Part shown: positions 1-9,584 of the stretch, piece after piece
How the letters are laid out: the number at the start of each line of letters is the position of its first letter
Numbering within the stretch: the first letter of the stretch is position 1
NCBI GenBank assembly: GCA_005884925.1
Contig: VAYU01000027.1
Location: forward strand, 10,194-74,193
DNA length: 64,000 nt
From: Actinomycetota bacterium
Lineage (GTDB): Bacteria; Actinomycetota; UBA4738; HRBIN12
Reading direction: 5' to 3'
Made by a program: the position numbers and the translations under genes
Notes under the pieces: model-generated
Database searches by the model: none
Seen by the model: the letters and a program-made list of their open reading frames with translations, nothing else
Told to the model about the DNA's origin: nothing

Positions 1-522
1 GGCTTCGCGCGCCCGGCGGAGCCGCTCGCGATCCCGATCGAGCTGGAACGCGAAGACGGCGAGCTTGTGCCCGAACGAGGTCGGCTCCGCGTGGACACCG
101 TGCGTGCGGCCGATGCAGATCGTGTCGCGGTGCTCGAGCGCGCGGCGTTTCGTCGCGCCAAGGAGCCGCTCCAGGGCGGCCAGCATGAAGTCACTCGCCG
201 CCCGGAGCTGCAGCGCCAGCCCCGTGTCGAGCACGTCGGAAGACGTCATGCCGAAGTGGATCCAGCGTCCCGGTTCACCGATCGAGGCGGCCACGACGTC
301 GACGAAGGCGGCGACATCGTGGCGCGTGACGCGTTCGCGCTCGTTCACGGCGTCGACCGTGAACGAGGCGCGCTCGCGACACGCGCGCGCGTCGGCCTCG
401 GGGATCACGCCCAGCTCGGCCCATGCCTCGACGGCGAGGAGCTCGATCTCGAGCCAGTTCGCCATCCGGGTCTGGTCCGACCACACGGCGGCGACCTCGG
501 GGACCTCGTAGCGTGGGATCAC
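1..522 (-). CDS. purB: adenylosuccinate lyase, N-terminal part (gene continues beyond window start)
   Basis: Own translation of minus strand from GTG at 520-522: VIPRYEVPEVAAVWSDQTRMANWLEIELLAVEAWAELGVIPE...HFGMTSSDVLDTGLALQL...IGRTHGVHAEPTSFGHK, the conserved PurB N-terminus. Frame is open to position 1. GTGA overlap with the purE stop. Not in the supplied ORF track. Confidence 0.85.
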   Translation of the reverse strand, partial: MIPRYEVPEVAAVWSDQTRMANWLEIELLAVEAWAELGVIPEADARACRERASFTVDAVNERERVTRHDVAAFVDVVAASIGEPGRWIHFGMTSSDVLDTGLALQLRAASDFMLAALERLLGATKRRALEHRDTICIGRTHGVHAEPTSFGHKLAVFAFQLDRDRERLRRAREA

Positions 523-1004
523 AGCTTGAGGCCTTCCGCCAGGTCATCTTTGAACTTCCATAAGCGCGCCTGCATCTCCTCGTCCTGGACCCCCAGGATC
601 TCCACGGCGAGGATCGCAGCGTTGACCGCGGCGTCGACCCCGACCGTCGCGATCGGCACACCGGTCGGCATCTGCGCCGTGATCGCGAGCGCCTCGTTGC
701 CCACCATCTGAGGCGCCGTCGCGATGGGCACCCCGATCACTGGGAGTACCGTCCGGGCCGCGACGGCCGCCGCGAGGTGACCCGAGAGCCCGGTCGAGCA
801 GACGACGACCTTGAGACCGCGTTCGAAGGCCGTCCGCGCGTATTCATCGACCAGATCCGGGTTCCGCGACGACGACATGATCCGCACCTCGTGCGGGACG
901 TCGAACTTCTCGAGGATCAGCCCCGCTTGGCGAAGGATCGGAAGCTCGGCCGGTGATGCGGCGAGCACGCCCACCAGCGGCGCGGGCTCCTGCGCATCGG
1001 TCAT
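519..1004 (-). CDS. purE: PurE-like protein (N5-CAIR mutase fold) with substituted active-site motifs
   Basis: 161 aa with PurE-like blocks VPHEVRIMSSSRNP, VLPVIGVP, QMPTGVPIATVG. 4-nt overlaps with purD and purB. Catalytic motifs are altered (see findings). Confidence 0.8.
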   Translation of the reverse strand: MTDAQEPAPLVGVLAASPAELPILRQAGLILEKFDVPHEVRIMSSSRNPDLVDEYARTAFERGLKVVVCSTGLSGHLAAAVAARTVLPVIGVPIATAPQMVGNEALAITAQMPTGVPIATVGVDAAVNAAILAVEILGVQDEEMQARLWKFKDDLAEGLKL

Positions 1005-2287
1005 GTCCGGGCCCCTTCCACCGCATGCGCGGCGATGTCCGAGCGGAACTGCATGCCATCGAAGTGGATCTCCGCGACCCCCCGGTACGCACGGTCCCTG
1101 GCTTCGGAGATCGAGCTGCCCTGCCCGGTCACGGCCAGGACGCGACCGCCGGCGGTCACGAGCTGCCCGTCACGGTTCCGCCCGGTCCCGGCGTGGAAGA
1201 CGGTCACCCCTTCATGCGTGAGCGCATCCTCGACACCGGTGATCGGTACACCGGTCGGATAGCTCCCCGGATATCCCTCGCTCGCAACCACGACGGTCAC
1301 CGCCGCCCCATCGTCGAAGCCAGCGTTGCCGGCCTCGTACGCGAGCCGGCCGGTCGCGCATGCATGGAGGAGGGTCCCGACCCCGTACGGCATGCGAGGC
1401 AACAGGACCTCGGCCTCGGGGTCACCGAATCGGCAGTTGAACTCGAGCACCTTCGGACCGGTCGCGGTCAGCATCAGCCCGGCGTACAGGACGCCCCGGT
1501 ACGGGCGAAGCTCGTCCACGACCTGCGCCAAGACGTTGTCCAGGACCCAGGTCGCGGTTCCCTGGTCGACGAACGGAACCGGCGAATAGCAGCCCATCCC
1601 CCCGGTGTTCGGTCCCGTATCGCCGTCCCCGAGGCGCTTGTGGTCCTGCGCCGTGTCGAGGAGGACGCACGAGCCCTCACCGTCCGTCACGGCGAACATG
1701 CTGACCTCGGGACCGTCCAGGACCTCCTCGACGACCACGGTCCGGCCGGCCTCGCCGAAGGCGCTCGCGATCAGGCAATCCTCGATCGCCCTCACGGCGG
1801 TCTCGCGGTCCGGGGCGACGAGCACGCCCTTCCCGGCGGCGAGCCCATCGGCTTTCACCACCGCGGCACCGCCGAGTTCATCCACGAACGCGACGGCCTC
1901 CCGAACGTCATCGAAGACGCCGGCGCGGGCGGTCGGGACACCGCGGCGCGCCATCACGTCTTTCGCGAACGCCTTCGACCCCTCGATCCGCGCGGCGGCC
2001 GCGGAAGGTCCGAACACGCGACGCCTCCGGCGCCGCAACTCGTCGGCCAGCCCGGCCACGAGTGGGACCTCCGGCCCGACGACCGTGAGGTCGACGTCGC
2101 GACGCTCCTCGACCAGGTGGACGATCGCGTCGATGTCGTCCGCTGCGACGGCCGGGAAGCAGTCGGCGACCTGCGCGATGCCGGCGTTCCCGGGGGCCGC
2201 GAGCACGCGCGTGACCGTGGGATCCTGCGCCAGGCGCCAGCACAGCGCGTGCTCGCGCCCCCCGCCGCCGACGACGAGGACCTTCAC
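1001..2287 (-). CDS. purD: phosphoribosylamine-glycine ligase
   Basis: 428 aa, MKVLVVGGGGREHALCWRLAQ..., ATP-grasp GAR synthetase signature; overlaps purA stop and purE start by 4 nt. Confidence 0.95.
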   Translation of the reverse strand: MKVLVVGGGGREHALCWRLAQDPTVTRVLAAPGNAGIAQVADCFPAVAADDIDAIVHLVEERRDVDLTVVGPEVPLVAGLADELRRRRRRVFGPSAAAARIEGSKAFAKDVMARRGVPTARAGVFDDVREAVAFVDELGGAAVVKADGLAAGKGVLVAPDRETAVRAIEDCLIASAFGEAGRTVVVEEVLDGPEVSMFAVTDGEGSCVLLDTAQDHKRLGDGDTGPNTGGMGCYSPVPFVDQGTATWVLDNVLAQVVDELRPYRGVLYAGLMLTATGPKVLEFNCRFGDPEAEVLLPRMPYGVGTLLHACATGRLAYEAGNAGFDDGAAVTVVVASEGYPGSYPTGVPITGVEDALTHEGVTVFHAGTGRNRDGQLVTAGGRVLAVTGQGSSISEARDRAYRGVAEIHFDGMQFRSDIAAHAVEGART

Positions 2288-3561
2288 GCCCTCACCGGGA
2301 TGCTCTGCTCCCGCGCGGGACCGACCCCGACGACCGAAACCGGGACGCCGCCGAGCTCCTCGAGGAAGCGCACGTACTGCTGCGCCTCTTTCGGCAGATC
2401 GTCGAGCTCACGAGCGTCGCCGAGGTCCTCGTCCCAACCGGGCAGCTCCTCCCACACGGGCTCCGCGTGATGGAACTGCGTCTGGGTGGGCGGGACGTCG
2501 TCGAACAGCTCGCCCTGCGTGCGATAGCCCACGCACACCTTGACGGTCTCGAACCCGCTCAGCACGTCGAGCTTGGTCAGCACCAGCTCCGTGAGCCCGT
2601 TGAGCCGCGCCGCGGACCGCAGCACCGGTCCGTCGAACCAGCCGCACCGACGCTTGCGACCGGTCGTCGTGCCGAATTCGTGTCCGCGCTCACCCATCCG
2701 GTCCCCGTCGTGATCGAGCGCCTCGGTGGGGAAGGGCCCGGCGCCGACGCGCGTGACGTAGGCCTTCGTGATGCCAACGACCCGGTCGATGTGCTGCGGT
2801 CCGAAACCACCTGCCGCCGCCGCGTAGCCGGCGGTCGGCGTCGAAGAGGTCACGAACGGGTACGTGCCGTGGTCGAGATCGAGCATCGCCCCCTGGGCAC
2901 CCTCCAGCAGGACCTGTCTGCGCGCCGTCAGCGCCTCGTACAGCAGCTTGGTCGTGTCGGCGACATGCGGACGCAGGCGCTCGGCGTAGTCCAGGTAGTC
3001 CTGGACGATCCCCTCGATCGGGATCGCGAGCCGTCCGTACACCTTCGTCAGGATCTGGTTCTTCTCCTTAAGGACGATCTCGAGCTTCTCCCGGAAGATC
3101 TTCTCGTCGTAGAGGTCCTGCACGCGGATCCCCACACGCGAGGCGCGGTCCGCGTACGCGGGGCCGATCCCTCGCTTCGTGGTCCCGAGGGCGTTCTTCC
3201 CGAGGAACCGCTCCGTCACCTTCTCCATCTCGAGGTGATAGGGCATGATCAGATGGGCGTTGAAGCTGAGCCTGAGCCCGGAGACATCGACCCCTGCCCC
3301 GGCCAGGTCGTCCATCTCGGCCAGCAGCACCTCGGGGTTGACGACGACGCCGTCGGCGATGACCGACGTGATGTGGGGGTACAGGATGCCGCTCGGGACG
3401 AGGTGGAGCTTGAGCAGCCGACCCTCGGCGATGATCGTGTGGCCCGCGTTGTTGCCTCCCTGATAGCGGACCACCACGTCCATCCGATCGGCGAGGTAGT
3501 CGACCGCCTTGCCCTTGCCCTCGTCACCCCATTGGGTCCCGAGTACGACGGTGGCCGGCAT
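2284..3561 (-). CDS. purA: adenylosuccinate synthetase
   Basis: 425 aa, N-terminus VVLGTQWGDEGKGKAVDYLA and GGNNAGHT motifs. Confidence 0.95.
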   Translation of the reverse strand: MPATVVLGTQWGDEGKGKAVDYLADRMDVVVRYQGGNNAGHTIIAEGRLLKLHLVPSGILYPHITSVIADGVVVNPEVLLAEMDDLAGAGVDVSGLRLSFNAHLIMPYHLEMEKVTERFLGKNALGTTKRGIGPAYADRASRVGIRVQDLYDEKIFREKLEIVLKEKNQILTKVYGRLAIPIEGIVQDYLDYAERLRPHVADTTKLLYEALTARRQVLLEGAQGAMLDLDHGTYPFVTSSTPTAGYAAAAGGFGPQHIDRVVGITKAYVTRVGAGPFPTEALDHDGDRMGERGHEFGTTTGRKRRCGWFDGPVLRSAARLNGLTELVLTKLDVLSGFETVKVCVGYRTQGELFDDVPPTQTQFHHAEPVWEELPGWDEDLGDARELDDLPKEAQQYVRFLEELGGVPVSVVGVGPAREQSIPVRA

Positions 3562-3611
3562 GGCGTCCTCAGTCTACGGGACGGATGTGAGGGCCCCAGA
3601 TATCGACAGCT

Positions 3612-5015
3612 CTACGGCCAGCTGTACCCCGGCGGCGGCGGGTCGCACGCCAGCCGGGTCTTGCGCCGCAGGCGACGTTTCACATCGACCAAGGACCGGG
3701 CAGCATGACGATCGGTGAGCTCGTACGGATCTCTCACGTAGTCGTACAGCTCCTGGCGACCATTCGCGTACCGCACGTACAAGAAACGGAGCGAGCGCCA
3801 GCCGCAATACGCAGGTCGCGTGACATTGGTTCCGTTGCCTCCGGGACTGCGTGCCGCTGCCGCTTCCAGGACGAAGCCTCGGCGCCGCCGGTTACCCAGC
3901 AGGTCCCGACCCTCGACAGGACCCGTCGACGCGCGGGCGGCCGCCGCGATCGTGACCGGGATGTCGAGGTTGAGGGCGATACGGCGGTCCGTCGCCCCCG
4001 CAGGCACCCGCTTGGTCCACCGGATCGCGAGCGGCACCCGGGTGGCAGAGTCGTACGGCACGTACTTCCCGACGATCCTGTGCTCGCCCCACATATCACC
4101 GTTATCCGAGAGCACGATGAGCAGCGTGTTGCGCAGCCGGGAACGCGCCCTCTGCGCCTGGATGATCGTGTGGACCGCTCGGTCGACCGCCTGAAGGGAG
4201 CGGTACTGGTTGGCTCGATGCGCGTCGATGCTTGAACGGGATACGGGAGGGAGCGACCGGATCCAGCTCGGCTTGTCGCTGACATCGGACTCGTTGAAGT
4301 CCGGTCGCGAGAACGGCGCCAGGGGCGACGGAAGGAACGCGTCCCGAGGAGCGGGGGTCGAGGGTCCGTGCGGCGCGTACGGCGCGAAGTACAGGAACAG
4401 CGGACGATCGGCCGGCGTGGATCGGAGGAACCGCACCGCGTACCGCCTCAGAACGTCCGTTGAGTAGTCGGATGGCGCGGAACCGTACGAGGTGAGGGAG
4501 CCGCTCGTATCCAGGAGCTGGTAGTCGTAGTAGGAGCCGTTCGATCCCACGAACGAATGCCAGATGTCCCAGCCGGGAGGCTTCGCGGAGCCCCCGAACT
4601 CATTCAGGTACTTGCCGACGAGTCCCGTCCGATAGCCGGCCCTTCGCAGCCATACCGCGACGGTGCGCTGCTCCATACCTGCCTCCTGGAACGTCCGCCA
4701 GCCGGCGTTGTTGCTCCATACCTTCGTCGAGTGCGCGAAGAGACCGGTCAGGAGCGAAGCGCGAGAGGGGCAGCAGACCGACGTCGGGACCATCCCGTTG
4801 GAGAAGCGCGTCCCCTTCTTGACAACCTCGTGCCAGACATGGGGCATCCAGCGCAACGTGCCTCGGCGTTCGTCATCCGTCAGGATCACGATGATGTCGG
4901 GCCGGCTGGGTCGCACGCCGGCGCGCGCCGGGACATGGCCGTGTGTCGGAAGGACCAGGAGAACGGTTGCAAGGAGAGCCACCACCGCGAGCTGGATGGA
5001 GCGCTGAGCGCTCAT
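3612..5015 (-). CDS. secreted sulfatase (formylglycine-type, CxPxR)
   Basis: ORF 3612..5285 trimmed to ATG at 5013-5015 (MSAQRSIQLAVVALLATVLLVLP signal peptide). The longer form would overlap cysA. Sulfatase core DIIVILTDDER...PTSVCCPSRASLLTGLF. Confidence 0.85.
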   Translation of the reverse strand: MSAQRSIQLAVVALLATVLLVLPTHGHVPARAGVRPSRPDIIVILTDDERRGTLRWMPHVWHEVVKKGTRFSNGMVPTSVCCPSRASLLTGLFAHSTKVWSNNAGWRTFQEAGMEQRTVAVWLRRAGYRTGLVGKYLNEFGGSAKPPGWDIWHSFVGSNGSYYDYQLLDTSGSLTSYGSAPSDYSTDVLRRYAVRFLRSTPADRPLFLYFAPYAPHGPSTPAPRDAFLPSPLAPFSRPDFNESDVSDKPSWIRSLPPVSRSSIDAHRANQYRSLQAVDRAVHTIIQAQRARSRLRNTLLIVLSDNGDMWGEHRIVGKYVPYDSATRVPLAIRWTKRVPAGATDRRIALNLDIPVTIAAAARASTGPVEGRDLLGNRRRRGFVLEAAAARSPGGNGTNVTRPAYCGWRSLRFLYVRYANGRQELYDYVRDPYELTDRHAARSLVDVKRRLRRKTRLACDPPPPGYSWP

Positions 5016-5104
5016 GGAGATCGAGGGGTCTCGACCGGAAGCGGCATGGGTTCGTCCTAGCACATCGCCAGGCGGCAGGTACCGCTGCGGCGAGCCACCG
5101 CGCT

Positions 5105-6178
5105 TCAGGCTGGGGAGGTGATCTCTTCTCGAGCCGACGTCTCGTGCGGCGCGAGGAACGCCTTCGGGTTGCGGAGATCGACCCGGATCGCGTCGCCTTC
5201 CCCGACGCCGTGGAGCTCGTCGTTCGGCACGTGCGCCACCAACGTCTCGCCGCCGGGGAGCCTGAGGCTCACGCGCGACAGCCACCCGAGCGACGCCACC
5301 CGCTCGACCACCGCCGAAACGTCGCCGTCCCCCGACGCGACCCGCACATCGTGCGGACGCACGAACGCCGCGGCCGCCGCTCCCTCATCCAGATGCGCGG
5401 CTCCGGGGATCCGGATCGACCCCAGATGGACGTGACCGCCGATCACCTCGCCGTTGAGGACGTTCGCTGCGCCGACGAACCCGGCGACGAACGGTGTCAC
5501 GGGCTGGTCGTAGATCTCACCCGGCGAGCCAACCTGTTCGACGCGACCTTCGTGCATCACGACGATCTGGTTCGCGAGCTCGAGGGCCTCCTCCTGGTCA
5601 TGGGTGACCAGCACGGACGTGACGCCCAGCTCCCGGTGCAGCTCGTCGAGCCAGCGGCGCAGATCCTGCCGGACCTTGGCGTCGAGCGCTCCGAAGGGCT
5701 CGTCCAGCAGGAGCACCTTGGGCGCCGGGGCGAGCGCGCGCGCGAGCGCGACGCGTTGCCGCTGCCCGCCGGAGAGCTGTGCCGGGTAGCGGTCGGCGAA
5801 CGGCTCCAGGTGCACGAGCTCGAGCAGCTCACGCACCCGCGCCTCGCGCACCGCCTTGTCCTCCTTGCGAACGCGGAGCCCGAATCCGACGTTGTCGGCG
5901 ACCGTCATGTGCCGGAACAACGCGTAGTGCTGGAACACGAAGCCGACGCGGCGCTCCTGCACGCTCTTGACCGTGAGCTCCTCATCGCCCATCACGATGC
6001 GGCCGGCGGTCGGTTCTTCCAGCCCGGCGATCATCCTGAGCACGGTGCTCTTCCCGGACCCCGACGGCCCGAGGAGCGCGGTGATCGCACCGGCCGGCGC
6101 GGTGAAGGTCACGTCGGTGACCGCCTCGAACGAACCGAAGCGCTTCGTGAGCCCCTCGACGACGATACGCGTGCTCAT
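5105..6178 (-). CDS. cysA: sulfate/thiosulfate ABC transporter ATP-binding protein
   Basis: 357 aa, Walker [10 protein letters not shown], signature [15 protein letters not shown], CysA-type C-terminal regulatory domain; ATGA overlap with cysW. Confidence 0.9.
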   Translation of the reverse strand: MSTRIVVEGLTKRFGSFEAVTDVTFTAPAGAITALLGPSGSGKSTVLRMIAGLEEPTAGRIVMGDEELTVKSVQERRVGFVFQHYALFRHMTVADNVGFGLRVRKEDKAVREARVRELLELVHLEPFADRYPAQLSGGQRQRVALARALAPAPKVLLLDEPFGALDAKVRQDLRRWLDELHRELGVTSVLVTHDQEEALELANQIVVMHEGRVEQVGSPGEIYDQPVTPFVAGFVGAANVLNGEVIGGHVHLGSIRIPGAAHLDEGAAAAAFVRPHDVRVASGDGDVSAVVERVASLGWLSRVSLRLPGGETLVAHVPNDELHGVGEGDAIRVDLRNPKAFLAPHETSAREEITSPA

Positions 6179-7005
6179 GTGCGGCTCCTTTCGCGCTCCT
6201 GCCGGTGACGGAGGAACTCGATCACGACCAAGAGGGTCACGGAAACGGCGGCCAGCAGCAGAGCCACCATGTAGGCGGCCGGGATCTGGCGCTCTTCGTA
6301 TGCCCGGAAGATGAACAGCGTCGCGGTCTCCGTCTTGCCCTGGAGGAGCCCGCTCACGATGAGCACGGCCCCGATCTCGCCGACCGCCCTCGCGGTCGTG
6401 AGGGCGACGCCGTACGTGAGGGCCCAGCGGATGTTCGGCAGGGTCACACGGAAGAAGGTTTGCCAGACCGAGGCGCCGAGCGTTCGCGATGCATCCTCCT
6501 CATCGAGCCCGATCTCCTCCAGCACCGGGACGACCTCGCGGATGGTGAAGGGCACGCAGATGAAGACGGTGACGAGGACCATGGACGGCAGCGCGAAGAT
6601 GATCTGGATGCCGCGTGCCTCGAAGAACGGGGCCAGCCACCCGCCCGGGCCGAAGAGCACCAGGGCGGCCAGTCCAACCGCGACGGGCGAGAGCGCGAAC
6701 GGAAGGTCAACCGCCGCGTTCATCAGCGACCGTCCCCAGAACCGCTGGCGCACGAGCACCCACGCGACCACCACCCCGAAGAGCGCGGTCACGACGACGG
6801 AGACGGCGGTGATCACGGCGGTGAGCTCCACCGCGTGGATGACGTCCGGGGCGCTCAACGTCTGCGTCACCACGTGGATCCCCGGCTGGAGCGCGGTGAT
6901 GACGATGCCGACGAGCGGGACGAGGAGCAGCACGCCGACCCAGACGAGGCACGCCGCCAGGAGCCATCCGCGCCCGCGCACCTTCGGCGTCGCGACGGCG
7001 CTCAT
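6175..7005 (-). CDS. cysW: sulfate ABC transporter permease
   Basis: 276 aa polytopic permease with EAA-like loop ([22 protein letters not shown]); ATGA overlap with cysT. Confidence 0.85.
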   Translation of the reverse strand: MSAVATPKVRGRGWLLAACLVWVGVLLLVPLVGIVITALQPGIHVVTQTLSAPDVIHAVELTAVITAVSVVVTALFGVVVAWVLVRQRFWGRSLMNAAVDLPFALSPVAVGLAALVLFGPGGWLAPFFEARGIQIIFALPSMVLVTVFICVPFTIREVVPVLEEIGLDEEDASRTLGASVWQTFFRVTLPNIRWALTYGVALTTARAVGEIGAVLIVSGLLQGKTETATLFIFRAYEERQIPAAYMVALLLAAVSVTLLVVIEFLRHRQERERSRT

Positions 7006-7865
7006 GCCGAGGCCTCGTTGCGTGCGATCAACCTAGTGGTCGCGAGGACCAGCACGAACGAGATCGCGAACAGGAGCGTCGCGACCGCGGCCGCTTCGGC
7101 CGGCTTGAACTGCGAGGTGAGCTGGAAGATGAACACCGGCGCGGTCAAGGTCTTCTTCGGGATGTTCCCGGCGACGAGGATCACGCTCCCGATCTCACCG
7201 AGACAGCGGGAGAACGTGAGGAGCGTTCCGGCGACCACCGCCGAGCGGATCGCGGGGAAGACCACACGCCGGAACGTGGTCCGCGGGCCTGCGCCGAGCG
7301 TCGCGGCGGCTTCCTCCTCGGCCTTGTCGAGCTCCTGGAGCACCGGTTGGACGTTCCGCACGACGAGCGGGAGCGTGACAGTGCAGAGCGCGATCACGAT
7401 GGCGATCGGTGTGAACAGGACGCGGACGCCGAGGTCGTCCAGGAAACGGCCGAAGAGGGAGTTCGGCCCGTAGAGGGCGAGGATCATCACCCCGGTGACG
7501 AGCGTCGGGATGGCGAGCGGCAGATCGACGACGGTCGAGAGCAGGCGGCGACCCGGGAACCGGTAGCGGACCAGGACCCACGCGAGGAGCGTGCCCATCA
7601 CGGCGTTCAGCGCCGCCGCCACGGTGGAGGTCCACAGCGTGAGGCGGATCGCCGCCCACGCGGCCGGCGTCGCCATCGCCTCCCGGAACGTGACGAACCC
7701 GTCGCCGAAACCCTTCGTGACCACGGCGACGACCGGCAGGGCAACGAGCAGGCCCAGATAGACGACGGCGGCGCCGCGCAGGGCGAGGTGGCGCAGCGCG
7801 GCTGTGGTCCTCTGCGAGGACCGCAGACCGCCGCGGCCACCGAGCGTCTGCGCGGCGCCGTCCAT
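7002..7865 (-). CDS. cysT: sulfate ABC transporter permease
   Basis: 287 aa permease, EEAAATLGAGPRTTFRRVVFP loop; sits between subI and cysW, as in actinobacterial subI-cysTWA operons. Confidence 0.85.
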   Translation of the reverse strand: MDGAAQTLGGRGGLRSSQRTTAALRHLALRGAAVVYLGLLVALPVVAVVTKGFGDGFVTFREAMATPAAWAAIRLTLWTSTVAAALNAVMGTLLAWVLVRYRFPGRRLLSTVVDLPLAIPTLVTGVMILALYGPNSLFGRFLDDLGVRVLFTPIAIVIALCTVTLPLVVRNVQPVLQELDKAEEEAAATLGAGPRTTFRRVVFPAIRSAVVAGTLLTFSRCLGEIGSVILVAGNIPKKTLTAPVFIFQLTSQFKPAEAAAVATLLFAISFVLVLATTRLIARNEASA

Positions 7866-7872
7866 CGTCGGA

Positions 7873-8946
7873 TCAGCCGCTCTGGGCGATCGCCTGGGTG
7901 GCGATCCCCGTGTCGCTGAACAGCTTCTGGTCCAACGCGTCCCACCCGCCGAGGTCGGCGATCGTGAACAGGTCAGAGATCGCCGGGAACCCCTTTGCCG
8001 GATCTCCCGCGGCGGCCTTGGAAGGATCGACCGGGCGGAGGTAGCCGACCGTCGTGTAGAAGTCCTTAGCCTCCTTCGTGTGGAGGTAGTCGACGAACGC
8101 GTTGGCCACGTTCTCCACGCAGTGCGCTTGGGCGTTCTTGTCCACGACGGCGACCGGATTCTCGATGAGCACGGTCCCCTTGGGGTACACGGCGGTGTCG
8201 GGTTCGCCGGCCGCCTGCGCCGTCTTCACCTCGTTCTCGTAGGTGATGGCAACGTCGCCGTTGCCCGACCCGAAGTTCTGGATCGAGTCGCGGGCGCTCT
8301 TGTCGTAGGAGATCACGTTGTGCGTCACGTTCTGCATCAGTGTGGTCGCGGCCGCCTCATCGCCCTTCGCTATCCCGATGACGTCGCCGCGAAGCGCCGC
8401 CCCCCAGAGGGCGACGAGGTTCCACCGCGCGCCACCGCTCTGTGCCGGGTCGGGCGTGAGCACTCCGGTCCCGGACGCTGCGAGGTCGCTCCAATCCTTG
8501 ATGCCCTTGGGGTTGCCGGGGCGCACGTCGAACACCGCCACCGACGCGGAGACCATGCCCCCGTCGGGAGCCTGGGTCCAATCGTGGGTGATCAGCCCGG
8601 CATCCTGGATCGTCTTGATGTCCGGCGCGAGCGAAAGCGCAACGACGTCGGAGCCCAGACCGTTGACGACGTTCTGCGCCTGGGTCGTGGAACCGGCGTA
8701 GGACTCATTGAACAGCACGGTCTGGCCGGTCTTGTCTTTCCATCCCTTCACGAAGGTCGGGATGATCTTCGCGTCGTAGACCTCGCGCGGCGTGCTGTAC
8801 GCGGCGAAGTTGATCACCGCCGAGCCTGAGGACGAGCTGCAGCCGCCGCTCGCGCCGTTCGCGCTCGCGTTCGAGCACGCGGCGAGAACGAATAGGGCGA
8901 GTGCGAGGGGAGTGGCGAACAACTGTCGCTTGGACCACCAGGGCAT
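7873..8946 (-). CDS. subI: sulfate-binding lipoprotein
   Basis: ORF 7873..8985 trimmed to ATG 8944-8946. MPWWSKRQLFATPLALALFVLAAC lipobox, then sulfate/thiosulfate-binding protein similarity (NFAAYSTPREVYD...GSGNGDVAITYENE). Confidence 0.85.
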   Translation of the reverse strand: MPWWSKRQLFATPLALALFVLAACSNASANGASGGCSSSSGSAVINFAAYSTPREVYDAKIIPTFVKGWKDKTGQTVLFNESYAGSTTQAQNVVNGLGSDVVALSLAPDIKTIQDAGLITHDWTQAPDGGMVSASVAVFDVRPGNPKGIKDWSDLAASGTGVLTPDPAQSGGARWNLVALWGAALRGDVIGIAKGDEAAATTLMQNVTHNVISYDKSARDSIQNFGSGNGDVAITYENEVKTAQAAGEPDTAVYPKGTVLIENPVAVVDKNAQAHCVENVANAFVDYLHTKEAKDFYTTVGYLRPVDPSKAAAGDPAKGFPAISDLFTIADLGGWDALDQKLFSDTGIATQAIAQSG

Positions 8947-9162
8947 GTGGAGCTCCTTCCGGTCGGGTCGGTGGGCGTGGCGCACCGACTCGCTTCTGGG
9001 GCTCGGCCTCCGGTGGTCCGGTCAACCGAAAGGGAGATGGACGTCTGTCTGCGACCGCTCAGCCGCTATCCACCGACGCGACGGCTCCGGGTGTCCGGTC
9101 GCACATCCGCGTCGCGTAATGGATACCGCGTGCAGGGAGGTGCTGTCAATGAACGAGGCGCA

Positions 9163-9576
9163 TCACCGGACAAGCAGCACGGGGCACGGGGCATGCTGGA
9201 CCACCTTGTTGGCCACGCCGCCGAGCAGGAGGCTCTTCCACTCGGTCATCCCACGCGTCCCCATCACGATCAGGTCGGCCTCGGTCTCCCGAGCGACCTC
9301 CACGATCTGCTCGGGGGTCGCGCCCGGCGCCACTCGACGGATCACGCCATCCGCCTCGATGCCCACCTCACGGAGTCGCGCGACCGTTCCGTCCACGAGC
9401 TCGTCGGCCCCGATCTCGGGCCCGAGGTCAACGTCCGATCCTTCGTACTTCGTGTGCTCGCGGACATGGACGACCGTGACCTTGGACCCGTACCGAGTGG
9501 CGAGGTCAAGCGCCATGGGAACCGTCTTGCCGCCCTCCCGGGAACCATCGATCGCGACCACGATCCGCTCGAACAT
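9163..9576 (-). CDS. universal stress protein (UspA family)
   Basis: ORF trimmed to ATG 9574-9576 preceded by GGAGG. MFERIVVAIDGS...ADLIVMGTRGMT...LLGGVANKVVQHAPCPVLLV. Confidence 0.85.
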   Translation of the reverse strand: MFERIVVAIDGSREGGKTVPMALDLATRYGSKVTVVHVREHTKYEGSDVDLGPEIGADELVDGTVARLREVGIEADGVIRRVAPGATPEQIVEVARETEADLIVMGTRGMTEWKSLLLGGVANKVVQHAPCPVLLVR

Positions 9577-9584
9577 GAGCCCTC

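Noticed and set aside
3612-5285. 557-aa version of the sulfatase ORF
   Set aside because: The first 90 aa are basic low complexity and overlap the cysA 3' end. A signal peptide begins at the internal ATG (5013-5015).
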